Source of the DNA: a virus
Lineage: Duplodnaviria > Heunggongvirae > Uroviricota > Caudoviricetes
Length of the DNA stretch: 64,000 bases
Reading direction: 5' to 3' (one strand)
IMG/VR virus record: IMGVR_UViG_2506381017_000002
The notes beneath the pieces are model-generated. The model saw nothing but the letters and a program-made list of their open reading frames with translations, had not been told where the DNA came from and did not search any database. Made by a program: the position numbers and the translations under genes. This document shows, in pieces, positions 48,526-58,426 of this stretch. Each line of letters begins with the position of its first letter. The first letter of the stretch is position 1.

Positions 48526-48939
48526 TTAGTGGTGGTCTTGCTCTTTGATTCGACTTGAATGTTCTTTTAAGAACTTTGCTACTTTAAGCATAATTTCTTC
48601 GGTATCATCCTGTGTAGTAATACCAAGCATTAAAGCTATACCCTCATCCTTAGTAACTTTGAGATGATAATCATTTTTCATTAAGAACAGCTTTGTAGCA
48701 ACGTAAGCTGTTCTTTTATTTCCATCAGAAAATATATGCTTTTTTGTAATCTTCTGCATTACATACGCGGCTTTAACCCAAATTGTTGGGTATAATTCCG
48801 CACCAAAAACAACCATCTGTGGCTGTTCAACTACTAAACTTAAACCTTCCGGGTATTGTAGCCCATAAACTCCTTCACCCGCTTTTCTAATCACTTGTTT
48901 ATTTACAGCTAAAATTTCTTTTTCTGTTAAATATTCCAT
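48526..48939 (-). CDS. doc: Doc (Fic-family) toxin
   Basis: Fic/Doc motif HIFSDGNKRTAYV; 137 aa. Confidence 0.8.
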   Translation of the reverse strand: MEYLTEKEILAVNKQVIRKAGEGVYGLQYPEGLSLVVEQPQMVVFGAELYPTIWVKAAYVMQKITKKHIFSDGNKRTAYVATKLFLMKNDYHLKVTKDEGIALMLGITTQDDTEEIMLKVAKFLKEHSSRIKEQDHH

Positions 48940-48940
48940 A

Positions 48941-49186
48941 CTACAAATCCTTGAGAGCGTCTATTAAATCGGAGTCTTCATCGAAAATTTTATCTATCAT
49001 TTTCTGTGTATCTTTACTTATACTTTCTTTCTTTTTAAATGTTATTACTCGACCATCGGAAGAAATATCTTTTTCATATTCGTCACCTGGTTGAGCGTGC
49101 ATTTTTTCTTTGTCACTCTTGGTCAATCGTAAACCAAATGAATTTCCAGACTTAAAAAATTTTGAATTTTCATGAATTTCTTGCAT
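48941..49186 (-). CDS. AbrB/MazE-fold antitoxin
   Basis: KSGNSFGLRLTKS swapped-hairpin motif; 1 nt spacing to the doc gene. Confidence 0.65.
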   Translation of the reverse strand: MQEIHENSKFFKSGNSFGLRLTKSDKEKMHAQPGDEYEKDISSDGRVITFKKKESISKDTQKMIDKIFDEDSDLIDALKDL

Positions 49187-49270
49187 AATATCACCTCGTA
49201 ATTACATTATAGCATATTAGTGATTACAATTTCTCCAATTCTTACTTTTGTAAAAGACGTGTTTTATAAG

Positions 49271-49588
49271 TTAAGCGATTTCTTCCCAAGTGGACCAATC
49301 ATCGTAGTAATCAACAATTCCGTCAACGTAATTGTCGATTTCCTTATCTTCACCGCCGTTTTCCCAATAATTATCAAATTGTTCTTCAGTCCAATTTAAG
49401 TCATACATATAATAATCAATAGCGGAGTCGTACACTACCCCTGATAAACCAGTGTGAGCGATAACAAGTTCTTTTTCTTCTTTACCACGTTGCATTGTCA
49501 AAATGGCCTCGCCATAAGTTGTTTCCACAAGACTCACTAATTCGGTTTTTGCATTATCTGTTAAAATTTTCATAATAATTTCCTCCAA
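49271..49588 (-). CDS. acidic hypothetical protein
   Basis: 105 aa. Confidence 0.45.
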   Translation of the reverse strand: MEEIIMKILTDNAKTELVSLVETTYGEAILTMQRGKEEKELVIAHTGLSGVVYDSAIDYYMYDLNWTEEQFDNYWENGGEDKEIDNYVDGIVDYYDDWSTWEEIA

Positions 49589-49614
49589 TTCTTACCTTTT
49601 CTAAAATATCTGTT

Positions 49615-49917
49615 TTATAAATCAATCCAAATTTCATTCATATCTTCGTCGTAGAATAACGCTTGCCATTTATCGGCGTTTCCTTCAAAATCAACTAGCC
49701 AAACAATTGAGTCATGTTCTGCGCTTAATTGATCCAAAAATTCATCGGTTGCATACTTTGTTTCTAAAACCCGAAAAATTTCGTCTAGTTCCGAGTTAGT
49801 AATTAAATTTTCTGTACTATTACCAATGCTGTACCAGCCTTCTGTAAGATAGGTAACATTTAATTCATCTAGTCGTGCTAATGCGTCTTTTGCTGTTAAA
49901 ATTTCCATTTTATTCAC
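49615..49917 (-). CDS. hypothetical protein
   Basis: 100 aa. Confidence 0.45.
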   Translation of the reverse strand: MNKMEILTAKDALARLDELNVTYLTEGWYSIGNSTENLITNSELDEIFRVLETKYATDEFLDQLSAEHDSIVWLVDFEGNADKWQALFYDEDMNEIWIDL

Positions 49918-50096
49918 TCTCCTAAAATTTCTTTTTCTTTTAACTGTTCTACTTTGTACCCAACATTTTCTAATGCTTCAATTGCCTCGGATAATGTCAT
50001 TTCTATACCAATTCCAAATGACTCTCCCCATTTAATTAACTCTTGTTCATTAACTCGTTCACGAAATCCGTCGTGAGTGTCAATTAAAAATCTCAC
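49914..50096 (-). CDS. hypothetical protein (GTG start, tentative)
   Basis: Downstream part of the 93 aa track ORF that does not overlap the clamp gene. Confidence 0.3.
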   Translation of the reverse strand: MRFLIDTHDGFRERVNEQELIKWGESFGIGIEMTLSEAIEALENVGYKVEQLKEKEILGE

Positions 50097-50121
50097 TCTA
50101 AAATCATCTCCAAATTTTCTT

Positions 50122-50934
50122 TTAGTGCAAACGAATAGGGCAAACCAAACCAAGCCCACCATTTTCTCGTGAAATTGTGAATGGACGGTAAGCATTTTGG
50201 TAGAATCTAAATGTTAGATTTTCTCGACTACTAAGATGTTGTAAACGTTGCTTTAATTTTTTCATGTTGAAATTAATTTCAAACTCACCTTCTACTTCTA
50301 CATTAGTGACTGCGAGTGGGAACTCTAAATCTTTTCTCCCATCAAAGTATTCAAGTTTTACTACATTACCTTTTACCAAAAGTGCTCCTACATCAGACTT
50401 TTTTACTATTTCTTTCAACACTGGAAAAATTTCTTTTTGTTGTACATCAAACTTAACGGTTGCATCATTAAGATATGGTGTAACTCGTACTAAATCTGGA
50501 TAACCAAACACACTTATATTTCCTCGGCTGTCATCAATAAATTCTTCACCACCGCCAACGATTGAAATAATTCCCTTGTACTTTCCATCATTAAATTGAG
50601 GGTAAACTCCCAATGTCTTCCCGTATTTCGTCGGTGTCTTAGATAAATTCTTTGCAAACTTACCATCAATTAAAAATTCTTTACCAACTAACTCAGATGG
50701 AATACTTGCTGCCACGTGTGAACGTTCTAATACATGGCTATCTGTTGCTTCTAAGATCAAGTTATTTTCTGTAATCCGAACATGAACAAATGTAAGGTTA
50801 GGACGATGGTCAGATGGCTTAGCAACAGCAGTCGCCACTTGACGTAACTTTTGTAAAAATTCTTTTGCGTTTACAAAAATACCGTTATCTTTATTAATAG
50901 TTGCTACATTGTTTAATAGTGTTTGTGTATTCAT
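50122..50934 (-). CDS. DnaN-like DNA polymerase sliding clamp (short, 270 aa)
   Basis: N-terminal LQKLRQVATAVAKPSDHRPNLTFVHVRITENNLILEATDSHV matches DnaN domain I, and the C-terminus ...VCPIRLH resembles DnaN ...VVMPMRL. Confidence 0.5.
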   Translation of the reverse strand: MNTQTLLNNVATINKDNGIFVNAKEFLQKLRQVATAVAKPSDHRPNLTFVHVRITENNLILEATDSHVLERSHVAASIPSELVGKEFLIDGKFAKNLSKTPTKYGKTLGVYPQFNDGKYKGIISIVGGGEEFIDDSRGNISVFGYPDLVRVTPYLNDATVKFDVQQKEIFPVLKEIVKKSDVGALLVKGNVVKLEYFDGRKDLEFPLAVTNVEVEGEFEINFNMKKLKQRLQHLSSRENLTFRFYQNAYRPFTISRENGGLGLVCPIRLH

Positions 50935-50998
50935 GATAATTACCTCTTAATAGTGAATTTATTTTTAATAGTGTATTTGTTATGAGAATTTCTTTTGA

Positions 50999-51334
50999 TT
51001 AGTACGATAGCGGGTGTTTATACATATCGATTGCCTTATCTTTCTTACCAGCCTTCCATGCGTTCATAATTTTTTCACCCATGCAGCTTTCCATGGTATG
51101 GAAATAATTGCAACTATAGAAATCAACATTACTTTTTTCTTCCTCGGTCAAACTTTCAATTAACGCCTTATGGAATTCCTCGGTTTCACTCAAAGCAATT
51201 GCACATTTGGCTTCAATTATCGCTAACGGCTCGCCTAACTTATAAGCGACGGCTTTCTTCAAATGCAACTTTACTACCCTGTCTAATTCTTTCTTAAATG
51301 ACTTTTCATCAAAATTTGCATCAAAATAACTCAT
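50999..51334 (-). CDS. hypothetical protein
   Basis: 111 aa. Confidence 0.45.
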   Translation of the reverse strand: MSYFDANFDEKSFKKELDRVVKLHLKKAVAYKLGEPLAIIEAKCAIALSETEEFHKALIESLTEEEKSNVDFYSCNYFHTMESCMGEKIMNAWKAGKKDKAIDMYKHPLSY

Positions 51335-51357
51335 TTTCTATTTCCTCCAAAAATTTT

Positions 51358-51552
51358 TTACTGTGATACCTTACAAATTCCACATTCCTGTAATGCTTCA
51401 TTCAATTCTTCAATGCTTACTGGACTAATTCCAACACTTTCAATAAATTCCTGAACAGTTTCACCAATATGGTCAATTCCACCTGTAACCGTTGCGTCAT
51501 CTTTTAATTCAATTCCCAAAGTCTTTTTTGATAACATTTCTATTTCCTCCAA
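51358..51552 (-). CDS. hypothetical protein
   Basis: 64 aa. Confidence 0.4.
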   Translation of the reverse strand: MEEIEMLSKKTLGIELKDDATVTGGIDHIGETVQEFIESVGISPVSIEELNEALQECGICKVSQ

Positions 51553-51616
51553 TTCATAAATACCGTTATATCAACGTTTCTAGCATCTGAATTTCTTTAT
51601 AAAATACATATTTTAT

Positions 51617-51886
51617 CTAATCTTCTGCTTCGCTCAGTAATTCGTTTAGATTAATTCCAAATGTTATCCTTGGTTTCAAAGCATCAATTTCTTGCTCCCA
51701 AATTTCGATACTATTATTTAATTCTTGCCCAAAATCTACTGCGCTATATTCGTTGAATTGTAGATATTGAACTAATAATTTCTTTGCCTTGTCTAACGTG
51801 GTTGCTGTAGTAATGTAATCAGTCGGTTCCTGCCAAAACTCTTGATGATCGACAATAACAACAACATAAACTTTTTTATTTTCCAT
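51617..51886 (-). CDS. hypothetical protein
   Basis: 89 aa. Confidence 0.45.
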   Translation of the reverse strand: MENKKVYVVVIVDHQEFWQEPTDYITTATTLDKAKKLLVQYLQFNEYSAVDFGQELNNSIEIWEQEIDALKPRITFGINLNELLSEAED

Positions 51887-51959
51887 CTTTATTTCCTCCG
51901 TTTATCTAAAAATTCTTTTTGCTCCAGCCTATGGAAATATCTAATTTTGTTAATCGTTT

Positions 51960-52523
51960 TTATGCTTCGACGATTTTCAAGCCGTAACTCTCAACCCAAC
52001 CAAGGTCAGTAAGACGCTTCATCATTTCATTTGCCGCATCAAGGCTGTAAAATTTCTTCCAACGATCATAGCTTAATTTTGTATAACGAGATGTAACTTT
52101 TACTCCAATTCTTTCACCATCTGTAATTATCCATACTTTTGGCTTAACTCTTTTTTCTCCAACAAGCACTTTGAATGTCTCTTCATCACGTTTCACCACA
52201 AACCATTCTTTGTACCAGGCATCTTCCGGCTTATTGGACTTTACCTTTTCTGGGTAACGATATTCTAATTTGTTATTCTGTGATAACCATGTCAATCGTT
52301 TACTCATCGTACTCGAATTACTGAATCTTAAGCTTCCATTAAGCGCGTCATCAGCAAAGCCGAAAACTCCTTCCTTAAAATCTTCAAATGTTTCATATGC
52401 TTTCGTGTAATCTTCTACCGTGCGTTTTCCGTTCCAGTCCCAACTATTGCTAGATCGATAGGTCCCTGCAATGGTCATATTCTCACGGTCAATTCTGAAC
52501 CTTACTACTGTGTCGTAACTCAT
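51960..52523 (-). CDS. hypothetical protein
   Basis: 187 aa. Confidence 0.45.
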   Translation of the reverse strand: MSYDTVVRFRIDRENMTIAGTYRSSNSWDWNGKRTVEDYTKAYETFEDFKEGVFGFADDALNGSLRFSNSSTMSKRLTWLSQNNKLEYRYPEKVKSNKPEDAWYKEWFVVKRDEETFKVLVGEKRVKPKVWIITDGERIGVKVTSRYTKLSYDRWKKFYSLDAANEMMKRLTDLGWVESYGLKIVEA

Positions 52524-52561
52524 TTTAATTTCCTCCGTTTATCTAAAAATTCTTTTTCTAC

Positions 52562-52897
52562 TTACCAAATAGGAAAAACATATTTTTCTTTAACAATAGT
52601 TGTTTGACTAACTGGCATCGCCCCTGCTATACCAACTAATTCATGCTTTTCTACACTTTCACCATCTTCAAGTGGATAAGCGAAAATTTGAATATCCTCG
52701 ACTTCTTCATCTGATAAGTTCTCTAAAGACTCAATCATTTCGTTTTCATCATAGAAACCTTCAAGCTCATTGCCGAACCAATCGCAAACACTGAAATACC
52801 AAGACTTACGAATTAGCTCACCATCAAAGTAGTCGTCTGGCTTAATCCATTTGAAAGTAACTGGATAGTTTTCTCGGCGATAGTGTAATTTCTTCAT
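52562..52897 (-). CDS. hypothetical protein
   Basis: 111 aa. Confidence 0.45.
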   Translation of the reverse strand: MKKLHYRRENYPVTFKWIKPDDYFDGELIRKSWYFSVCDWFGNELEGFYDENEMIESLENLSDEEVEDIQIFAYPLEDGESVEKHELVGIAGAMPVSQTTIVKEKYVFPIW

Positions 52898-52924
52898 GAT
52901 TATTTTCTCCTCAATAATTTTTTC

Positions 52925-53149
52925 TTAGTGTTCGATACGTAGGCACCACCAGTAGTTATCAACTACCGCTTGATTGATTACGTCATACTCCCACAACTTG
53001 TTGAATGTAAAAACTGCGATTGCGTCATTACATAAGCTCGCAATTCTAATACCCTTTTTGTCAGCTTTCGTTAAGACAAGTTCGATAAACTTATCAAGTT
53101 TCTTCTGGCTCGCTTTTGTCTTAAATTCATTCATTTTTATTTCCTCCAA
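52925..53149 (-). CDS. hypothetical protein
   Basis: 74 aa. Confidence 0.4.
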   Translation of the reverse strand: MEEIKMNEFKTKASQKKLDKFIELVLTKADKKGIRIASLCNDAIAVFTFNKLWEYDVINQAVVDNYWWCLRIEH

Positions 53150-53176
53150 GTGGTTAATTTATTTTCTGTTCAGTAA

Positions 53177-53524
53177 TTAATAGTGATAATTTCTTTTATT
53201 CTTAACGTTGACCAATTCAATACCATCAGCACCTTCACCTTGTTGACCCACAATTTTTTGTGATTTATCAGTAGGAACAACAACGAGGGTGTAGTCACCA
53301 TTGCCTTGGTCGTGGTACTCAACCTCGAAATTCTGAGTTTTAATAGTGTCGTCATTCTTGAGCGATAAATTTTTCTGTTTGTGACCAATAGTCTTACTAA
53401 TAATTTTTGCCTCACTGTGCATTGTGATTGCGTTTGAGTTGGCTTCATGCTTTGACATAATCCAGCCGGTAACGCTTACGATAGTTGTTAGGGTTAATAC
53501 GATTAGTGCAATATTTTTCTTCAT
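53177..53524 (-). CDS. secreted protein
   Basis: Signal peptide MKKNIALIVLTLTTIVSVTGWI. Confidence 0.45.
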   Translation of the reverse strand: MKKNIALIVLTLTTIVSVTGWIMSKHEANSNAITMHSEAKIISKTIGHKQKNLSLKNDDTIKTQNFEVEYHDQGNGDYTLVVVPTDKSQKIVGQQGEGADGIELVNVKNKRNYHY

Positions 53525-53564
53525 GGTTATTTATCCTCCGAGTGGTTGTATTGTGTGGTTGTGG

Positions 53565-53921
53565 TTAGTCTTCTAATTCTTCGATAGCATCATCAATCGC
53601 TTGACTTAATACATAGCAACGCAAGGAAACATCAATTGATTCATAGCAATCATCAAGCCACCATTCAGCAGTTTTTTGACGGTCCATAAACCCTTCATCA
53701 ATTGCTTCGCGGATTAAGTCCTTGTTATCATCAACGTATTCCTTGGCTTTGTTGGCGTTGAAAGTATATGATCCTGAGCCATTACCAGTTACAGAATCTT
53801 CGATCCAAAGTTGTTCGTTGAGTTCTTCACGATCAACCTCGTTGACATTGATTTCGTTGTCCTTGATGAAGTCGATTACATCGTTCTTAACATTTTCAAA
53901 GTAGTCATATTGTTGTGTCAT
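53565..53921 (-). CDS. acidic hypothetical protein
   Basis: 118 aa. Confidence 0.45.
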   Translation of the reverse strand: MTQQYDYFENVKNDVIDFIKDNEINVNEVDREELNEQLWIEDSVTGNGSGSYTFNANKAKEYVDDNKDLIREAIDEGFMDRQKTAEWWLDDCYESIDVSLRCYVLSQAIDDAIEELED

Positions 53922-53984
53922 GATATTTACCCCTCAATTAATATATTTTAGTATTTTTGTTGTGATTAATAGTGTAAGATTACA

Positions 53985-54197
53985 TTAGTTTAGCAAGTTC
54001 GTCAATAGTACCCGTAGAAGTGGTAAGGTCACTGCAATAACAATAACTGTAATGAATACAGCTAAAATACTGTACTTCTTGAACCTGATTAGCCTTTCGC
54101 TATCTCGTTCTAACTGCTTAATGTATTCAGGATCAACCAACTTGTAATCCTGTTCAGCGTATTTCTGTAGTTCCTTTTGTGACATCATAATTGTCAA
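53985..54197 (-). CDS. small membrane-anchored protein
   Basis: 70 aa with a C-terminal TM helix. Confidence 0.4.
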   Translation of the reverse strand: MTIMMSQKELQKYAEQDYKLVDPEYIKQLERDSERLIRFKKYSILAVFITVIVIAVTLPLLRVLLTNLLN

Positions 54198-54719
54198 AAC
54201 CTTTCTAATTTGCTTCAGCGGTTATTATTAATCGCTTTATATAGAGTCTTATCGTGTTGATAAGGCTCTCTAAAAACAATTAATAGTGTCTTTTTCACTT
54301 TCACAGGCTTAAACCAAGGAATATTAGCAAGTCCCTGCTGGTAGTATCACGGTGCCTTTATCTACTATTGATTAGGCGGTTGACGTGGAATCACCTCCCC
54401 CTACCGTACCGGGTTATTTACCAACTTTTGATATTGCGGAGTTGTTCTCAGTTCTACTGAAAGATTGAACCGCCGTTATTTTGTTTTCAAAGTTCAGCAT
54501 ATGTTGGTTTGAAAGTGATTGAGTATGCTCTCGCTCACACTGTCCGCCACCTTAACTTTTAGCTTGAATACAGTTATGGCTTTATCCTGCCCTAGGTGAT
54601 ATATGGAATCCTACACCCTTGCGGTTTATCAAGTTATTATGTTAAGCCTGTTCAGCCCGTTGACTTTTGCGACTTGTTAACGTTTTTTGAATTGGTAACT
54701 TTCCAATTAGTTTGAACAA

Positions 54720-55490
54720 TTTTATATAACATCGTAAGTTATATAAGGATAACCTTTTATTTCTTAATCGCTTCAAGGCTTGCGATTGCCTGCTCCTTTA
54801 TCGTGTCTTTATTATAACTTCCGATGTTATAATTGTCAAGACTTAATTTTTTGAATTGTAGCGGTTGACCTTGAAGTCAAAGTTAGATACTCAAGTGAAC
54901 TCACTTTCAATCCATTTATTAAGTTTGTGCTTTTTATTATAACTTCGTAAGTTATAAATTGTCAAGAAGTAAATTTGATTAATTTTTAATCACCTAGGCT
55001 AGTTCGATGACTGCTCTTTATTGTGATTGTCCTAATCAACTTTACGGCTTTATTATAACTTCCGATGTTATAAATGTCAATACCTTTTTCAAATTATTTT
55101 TGATACCTGGTATTTATTGCCGTTGTCCTTTTGACGATTCCAATTATAACATCGCAAGTTATAAAGTCAACTATTTTTTGTAAAAAAATAAGAGTAGTTA
55201 TAATAACTACTCTTGTAATTCTTTTAGGCGCTTATCTAATTCAATTTTAAACTCTTTCAAATCACTGATATAAGTATCTCTTATATCTATATTAGATTTT
55301 ATTAATTGATATAATCTTGTTTTAGATGATGGGCGAATAAAGCCCCCCGCCTCACTCTTACGCTTCCAATAGTAAGCTTTATCTGGATTAGCTTTTTCAT
55401 AATTCTTTTTTGCTTGTTTTTGTGCTTCACTAACCAAGACTTCACCTCCTTTTTACTTTATAACATGGTAAGTTATAAGTATTATACCAT
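54720..55490. repeat. array of six TTATAAC-N7-GTTATAA palindromic promoter/operator elements
   Basis: Copies at ~54731, 54810, 54943, 55076, 55144 and 55462. Several embed TGTTATAAT/TGTTATAAA extended -10 sequences, and several are followed by ATTGTCAAG. Confidence 0.6.
55207..55437 (-). CDS. small basic protein (TTG start), candidate regulator; inverted paralog of the plus-strand gene at 56715-56912
   Basis: AAAGGAGGTGAA RBS; one TTATAAC-N7-GTTATAA element sits between its -10 and its RBS. The C-terminus ...DKRLKELQE matches ...ERLKELKK in the paralog. Confidence 0.5.
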   Translation of the reverse strand: MVSEAQKQAKKNYEKANPDKAYYWKRKSEAGGFIRPSSKTRLYQLIKSNIDIRDTYISDLKEFKIELDKRLKELQE

Positions 55491-56714
55491 ACTCAACAGA
55501 AATAAAACTACACAATCAGTAATTGACTATTACAATACTTAAGTTTAAAATTGTTATATCTCCTTGAGTAAGGAGGTGACAACATGAAACATAATGAAAA
55601 AGAAAAGAAACAACCCTATAAGGCTTTTTACTTTGAGTGTAGCCTAATAAAGTTATTTCTTAAAATCATCATTATAAAGTAGTGTAATCACTTCCCTGAG
55701 TTGTTGTGTGACGGCTCAACCCAGGGAGATTTTTATTACAATTACATTATATCACAATTTATTGTGGTATTATATATTTGTTGATATGATATTACTAGAT
55801 TGTTATAATATAGATACAAGAAAACCCCTAAAGGTTGTTAACTTGTCCGTTAACCTTTAGGGCGGTGAGTTATTCACTACTTAATAATAAAGAATTTAAA
55901 GAATAATCTTAAAAGGCTGAACTCGCAATATACAACCTTAAAAGATTGTTCTTTTTTCTTTTTATTGTTCATGTTCCCACCCCCTTTCCTTAAGGGGTTA
56001 AAATAATTTAAACATCGTTATTTCTGAAAGTCAATAATTGAAAAAGAAAAAGCCAAAACGCAAAAGTAAAAAACGTTAAGGCTTAAAGGCTTAAAAGCTT
56101 ACATATTGAGGGAACGTGGCGCCGTTCCCTTTTTGTATAATTATCATATCATACTTACAACCCTAACAGAATAGAAAAATAACACCCCTTTATTTTTCTA
56201 TATAAGGAAGAAAAAACATAATAAAAAAACGATAAAGAAAAAAATAAATATACATGTTGACAACATGAAGAATTGTGTTATTATAATATACGTAAGCTAT
56301 TAATATAGTTTACAAGGCGACACACTAACAACAAATAATAAAGGTTTGAGGTGGTCAAATTGTATTCTATATTGTTGCATGCTGCAACCTTGTTTAGTTT
56401 GGTAAGTGGTGGAATTCTGGCGATAGTAACATCAATCGAAAAAGTTCTTATCATAAAAGAAAAAGCCCACAAGTCAGATAAGGACAAGGGGCAAAAATAA
56501 CTTACATTTATGAATATTTGGGAAGTGTTGCGACCACTTCCCTTTTTCTACAGTGTTATAATAACATAATAAAAAGGGTGTGACAATATGAAATGGATCA
56601 TATTAATTGGTCTATATCTTTTCGGGTTTGTTTGTCTAACGGTTGCGATCAAAAAGGCGAGAAAAATATATAATACTTTAAAGCATAATAAATAATTAAA
56701 ATAAATATAGAATT

Positions 56715-56912
56715 ATGGAAAACAAACAAAACAAAACAAGTAAAGCAAAATTACAAGCAAATAAACGCTATCAAGAAAGACATAAAAAAGAAGTTTATCG
56801 CAATCAGAAAAAATCTAGGGCGAAAAATTTTCTATTGAATGATGCAAGGATTGACGAACTAGAATTTTTTTCTGAATTAATTTCTGAAAGATTGAAAGAA
56901 TTAAAAAAATAA
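56715..56912 (+). CDS. small basic protein, inverted paralog of the minus-strand gene at 55207-55437
   Basis: 65 aa, K/R-rich then IDELEFFSELISERLKELKK. Confidence 0.45.
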   Translation: MENKQNKTSKAKLQANKRYQERHKKEVYRNQKKSRAKNFLLNDARIDELEFFSELISERLKELKK

Positions 56913-56939
56913 TAATAGTAATTAGGGTAATGCGTTAGT

Positions 56940-57620
56940 GTTTAGCGTGTTGCCCTTTTGTATTGTGGTTATATGATAACGCTTACATAGTGATGTATAG
57001 CAGTGTATAGGTATTACAGTGATATGTATATAGTAGCGTGCATAGTGTTGTTATGATAGTGATATATAGTAGTGTTATTTGTGTCTGTGTATAGATGTAT
57101 ATAGGTTAGTGAGTGAGTAGTGTTACATAGTGATATGCATAGTGAAGTAATATGATAGTGTAGTGATGTATATAATGTATTGAGTTAGTAACTGATTTAC
57201 GTTTGTAGATATTAGATTGTCAAGGCTGAGAGTGAGTGCGGTGTATGGGGTGTAGTGTGATTAGTATGTTTGATATATGATAATGTTTTCATATGTTATT
57301 GTAATGATATAGTAAGTGAGTAGTATATTGATATGTATGTATTGAGTGAGTAAGTAGGCGGATTGCGTGAGTGTGTTTGGTTAGTTAGTTATTATATTAG
57401 GGGTGTGTATTAAGTTACGTTTGTAAATTTTAAATTGTCAAGAGTGAATTTTTATGGTCTGGGTTTATTATTGTGTTGGTTGTGATATGTATTAGTTAGA
57501 TTTTATTTATTAGGGGTGTGGGTGAATTATTGGGCGGTGTTAGGTTAGGTAAACGGTTATTATATTAATTTATTGGGTGTTTGGTGTGGTGTGTGAGTAT
57601 GTGTGAACATTTGTTCATAG
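56940..57620 (+). repeat. cytosine-depleted GT/A-rich degenerate repeat tract
   Basis: About 2% C over ~650 bp on the top strand; reiterated GTGATA / TAGTG / GTATAG units; two copies of TTACGTTTGTA..ATTGTCAAG. Confidence 0.6.
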
Positions 57621-58099
57621 CAGATTATAATATATGAAATTTTGTTCATATGAATTAGTGAAAAGTACCCTACCCAGCCCACCAAAATAAATATATTAAG
57701 TTTACAACTGTAGCCCCTTATAAATAAAATTACCCCTTATCAAAAGATAGGGGCTTTCTTTTTCGATATTAAAATATTCTTGTAACCGTTTACACATAAC
57801 AACAACTATTATTGTGTCTTAAATTTGCAAATAGGCGGGGGTTATTTTACTCAAAACGCCTTAATTTTTAGGGAAAATTTTAGGGTAGTTGCTTCACTCA
57901 CACACCACAAAATTTTTTCCATTCACCCCATTTCTCGCACCCTATCACCCCTCAAATATCCCAATAAATTAATACCAAATTTAACCTTTTCAAAACTATG
58001 AAAATATCTTTCATAATCTTTCAACACAATATCCCTACCCATTCCTCTCACCCTTTCCCATTCAACTATAAATAAAGAGCCTAGGAATTACCCTAGACT

Positions 58100-58426
58100 C
58101 TAATTCATCTCATTATTAATATACTCTTCTAACCCAACTCTGGTCTCGTCATCTAAATTGGCAACATACTCCCTATATTTACTCAAATAGCCCTCATTAA
58201 TACTACTAATTACATATAATATATACCCTTCGTATAGACCATCTGGACACTTTAATAATCGCTGCATCAGTCTCATTAAATAGTAATACTGTTCATCATA
58301 ACCATCATTCATATATTTATTCTCAAATATATAATATGCAGTCCAAATAATATTATCGTCCCTATTTTCTAAACTGGATATACCCCATAGTTCCTTAATT
58401 ATAGTATCTAGTTTAATAATCTCCAC
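58100..58426 (-). CDS. hypothetical protein
   Basis: 108 aa, Tyr/Glu-rich. Confidence 0.45.
   Translation of the reverse strand: MEIIKLDTIIKELWGISSLENRDDNIIWTAYYIFENKYMNDGYDEQYYYLMRLMQRLLKCPDGLYEGYILYVISSINEGYLSKYREYVANLDDETRVGLEEYINNEMN

Noticed and set aside
50264-53904. ORFs 50264-50503, 52974-53180, 53170-53448 and 53722-53904
   Set aside because: Alternative-frame or antisense overlaps with better-supported genes; 53170-53448 is an alternate frame of the signal-peptide protein.
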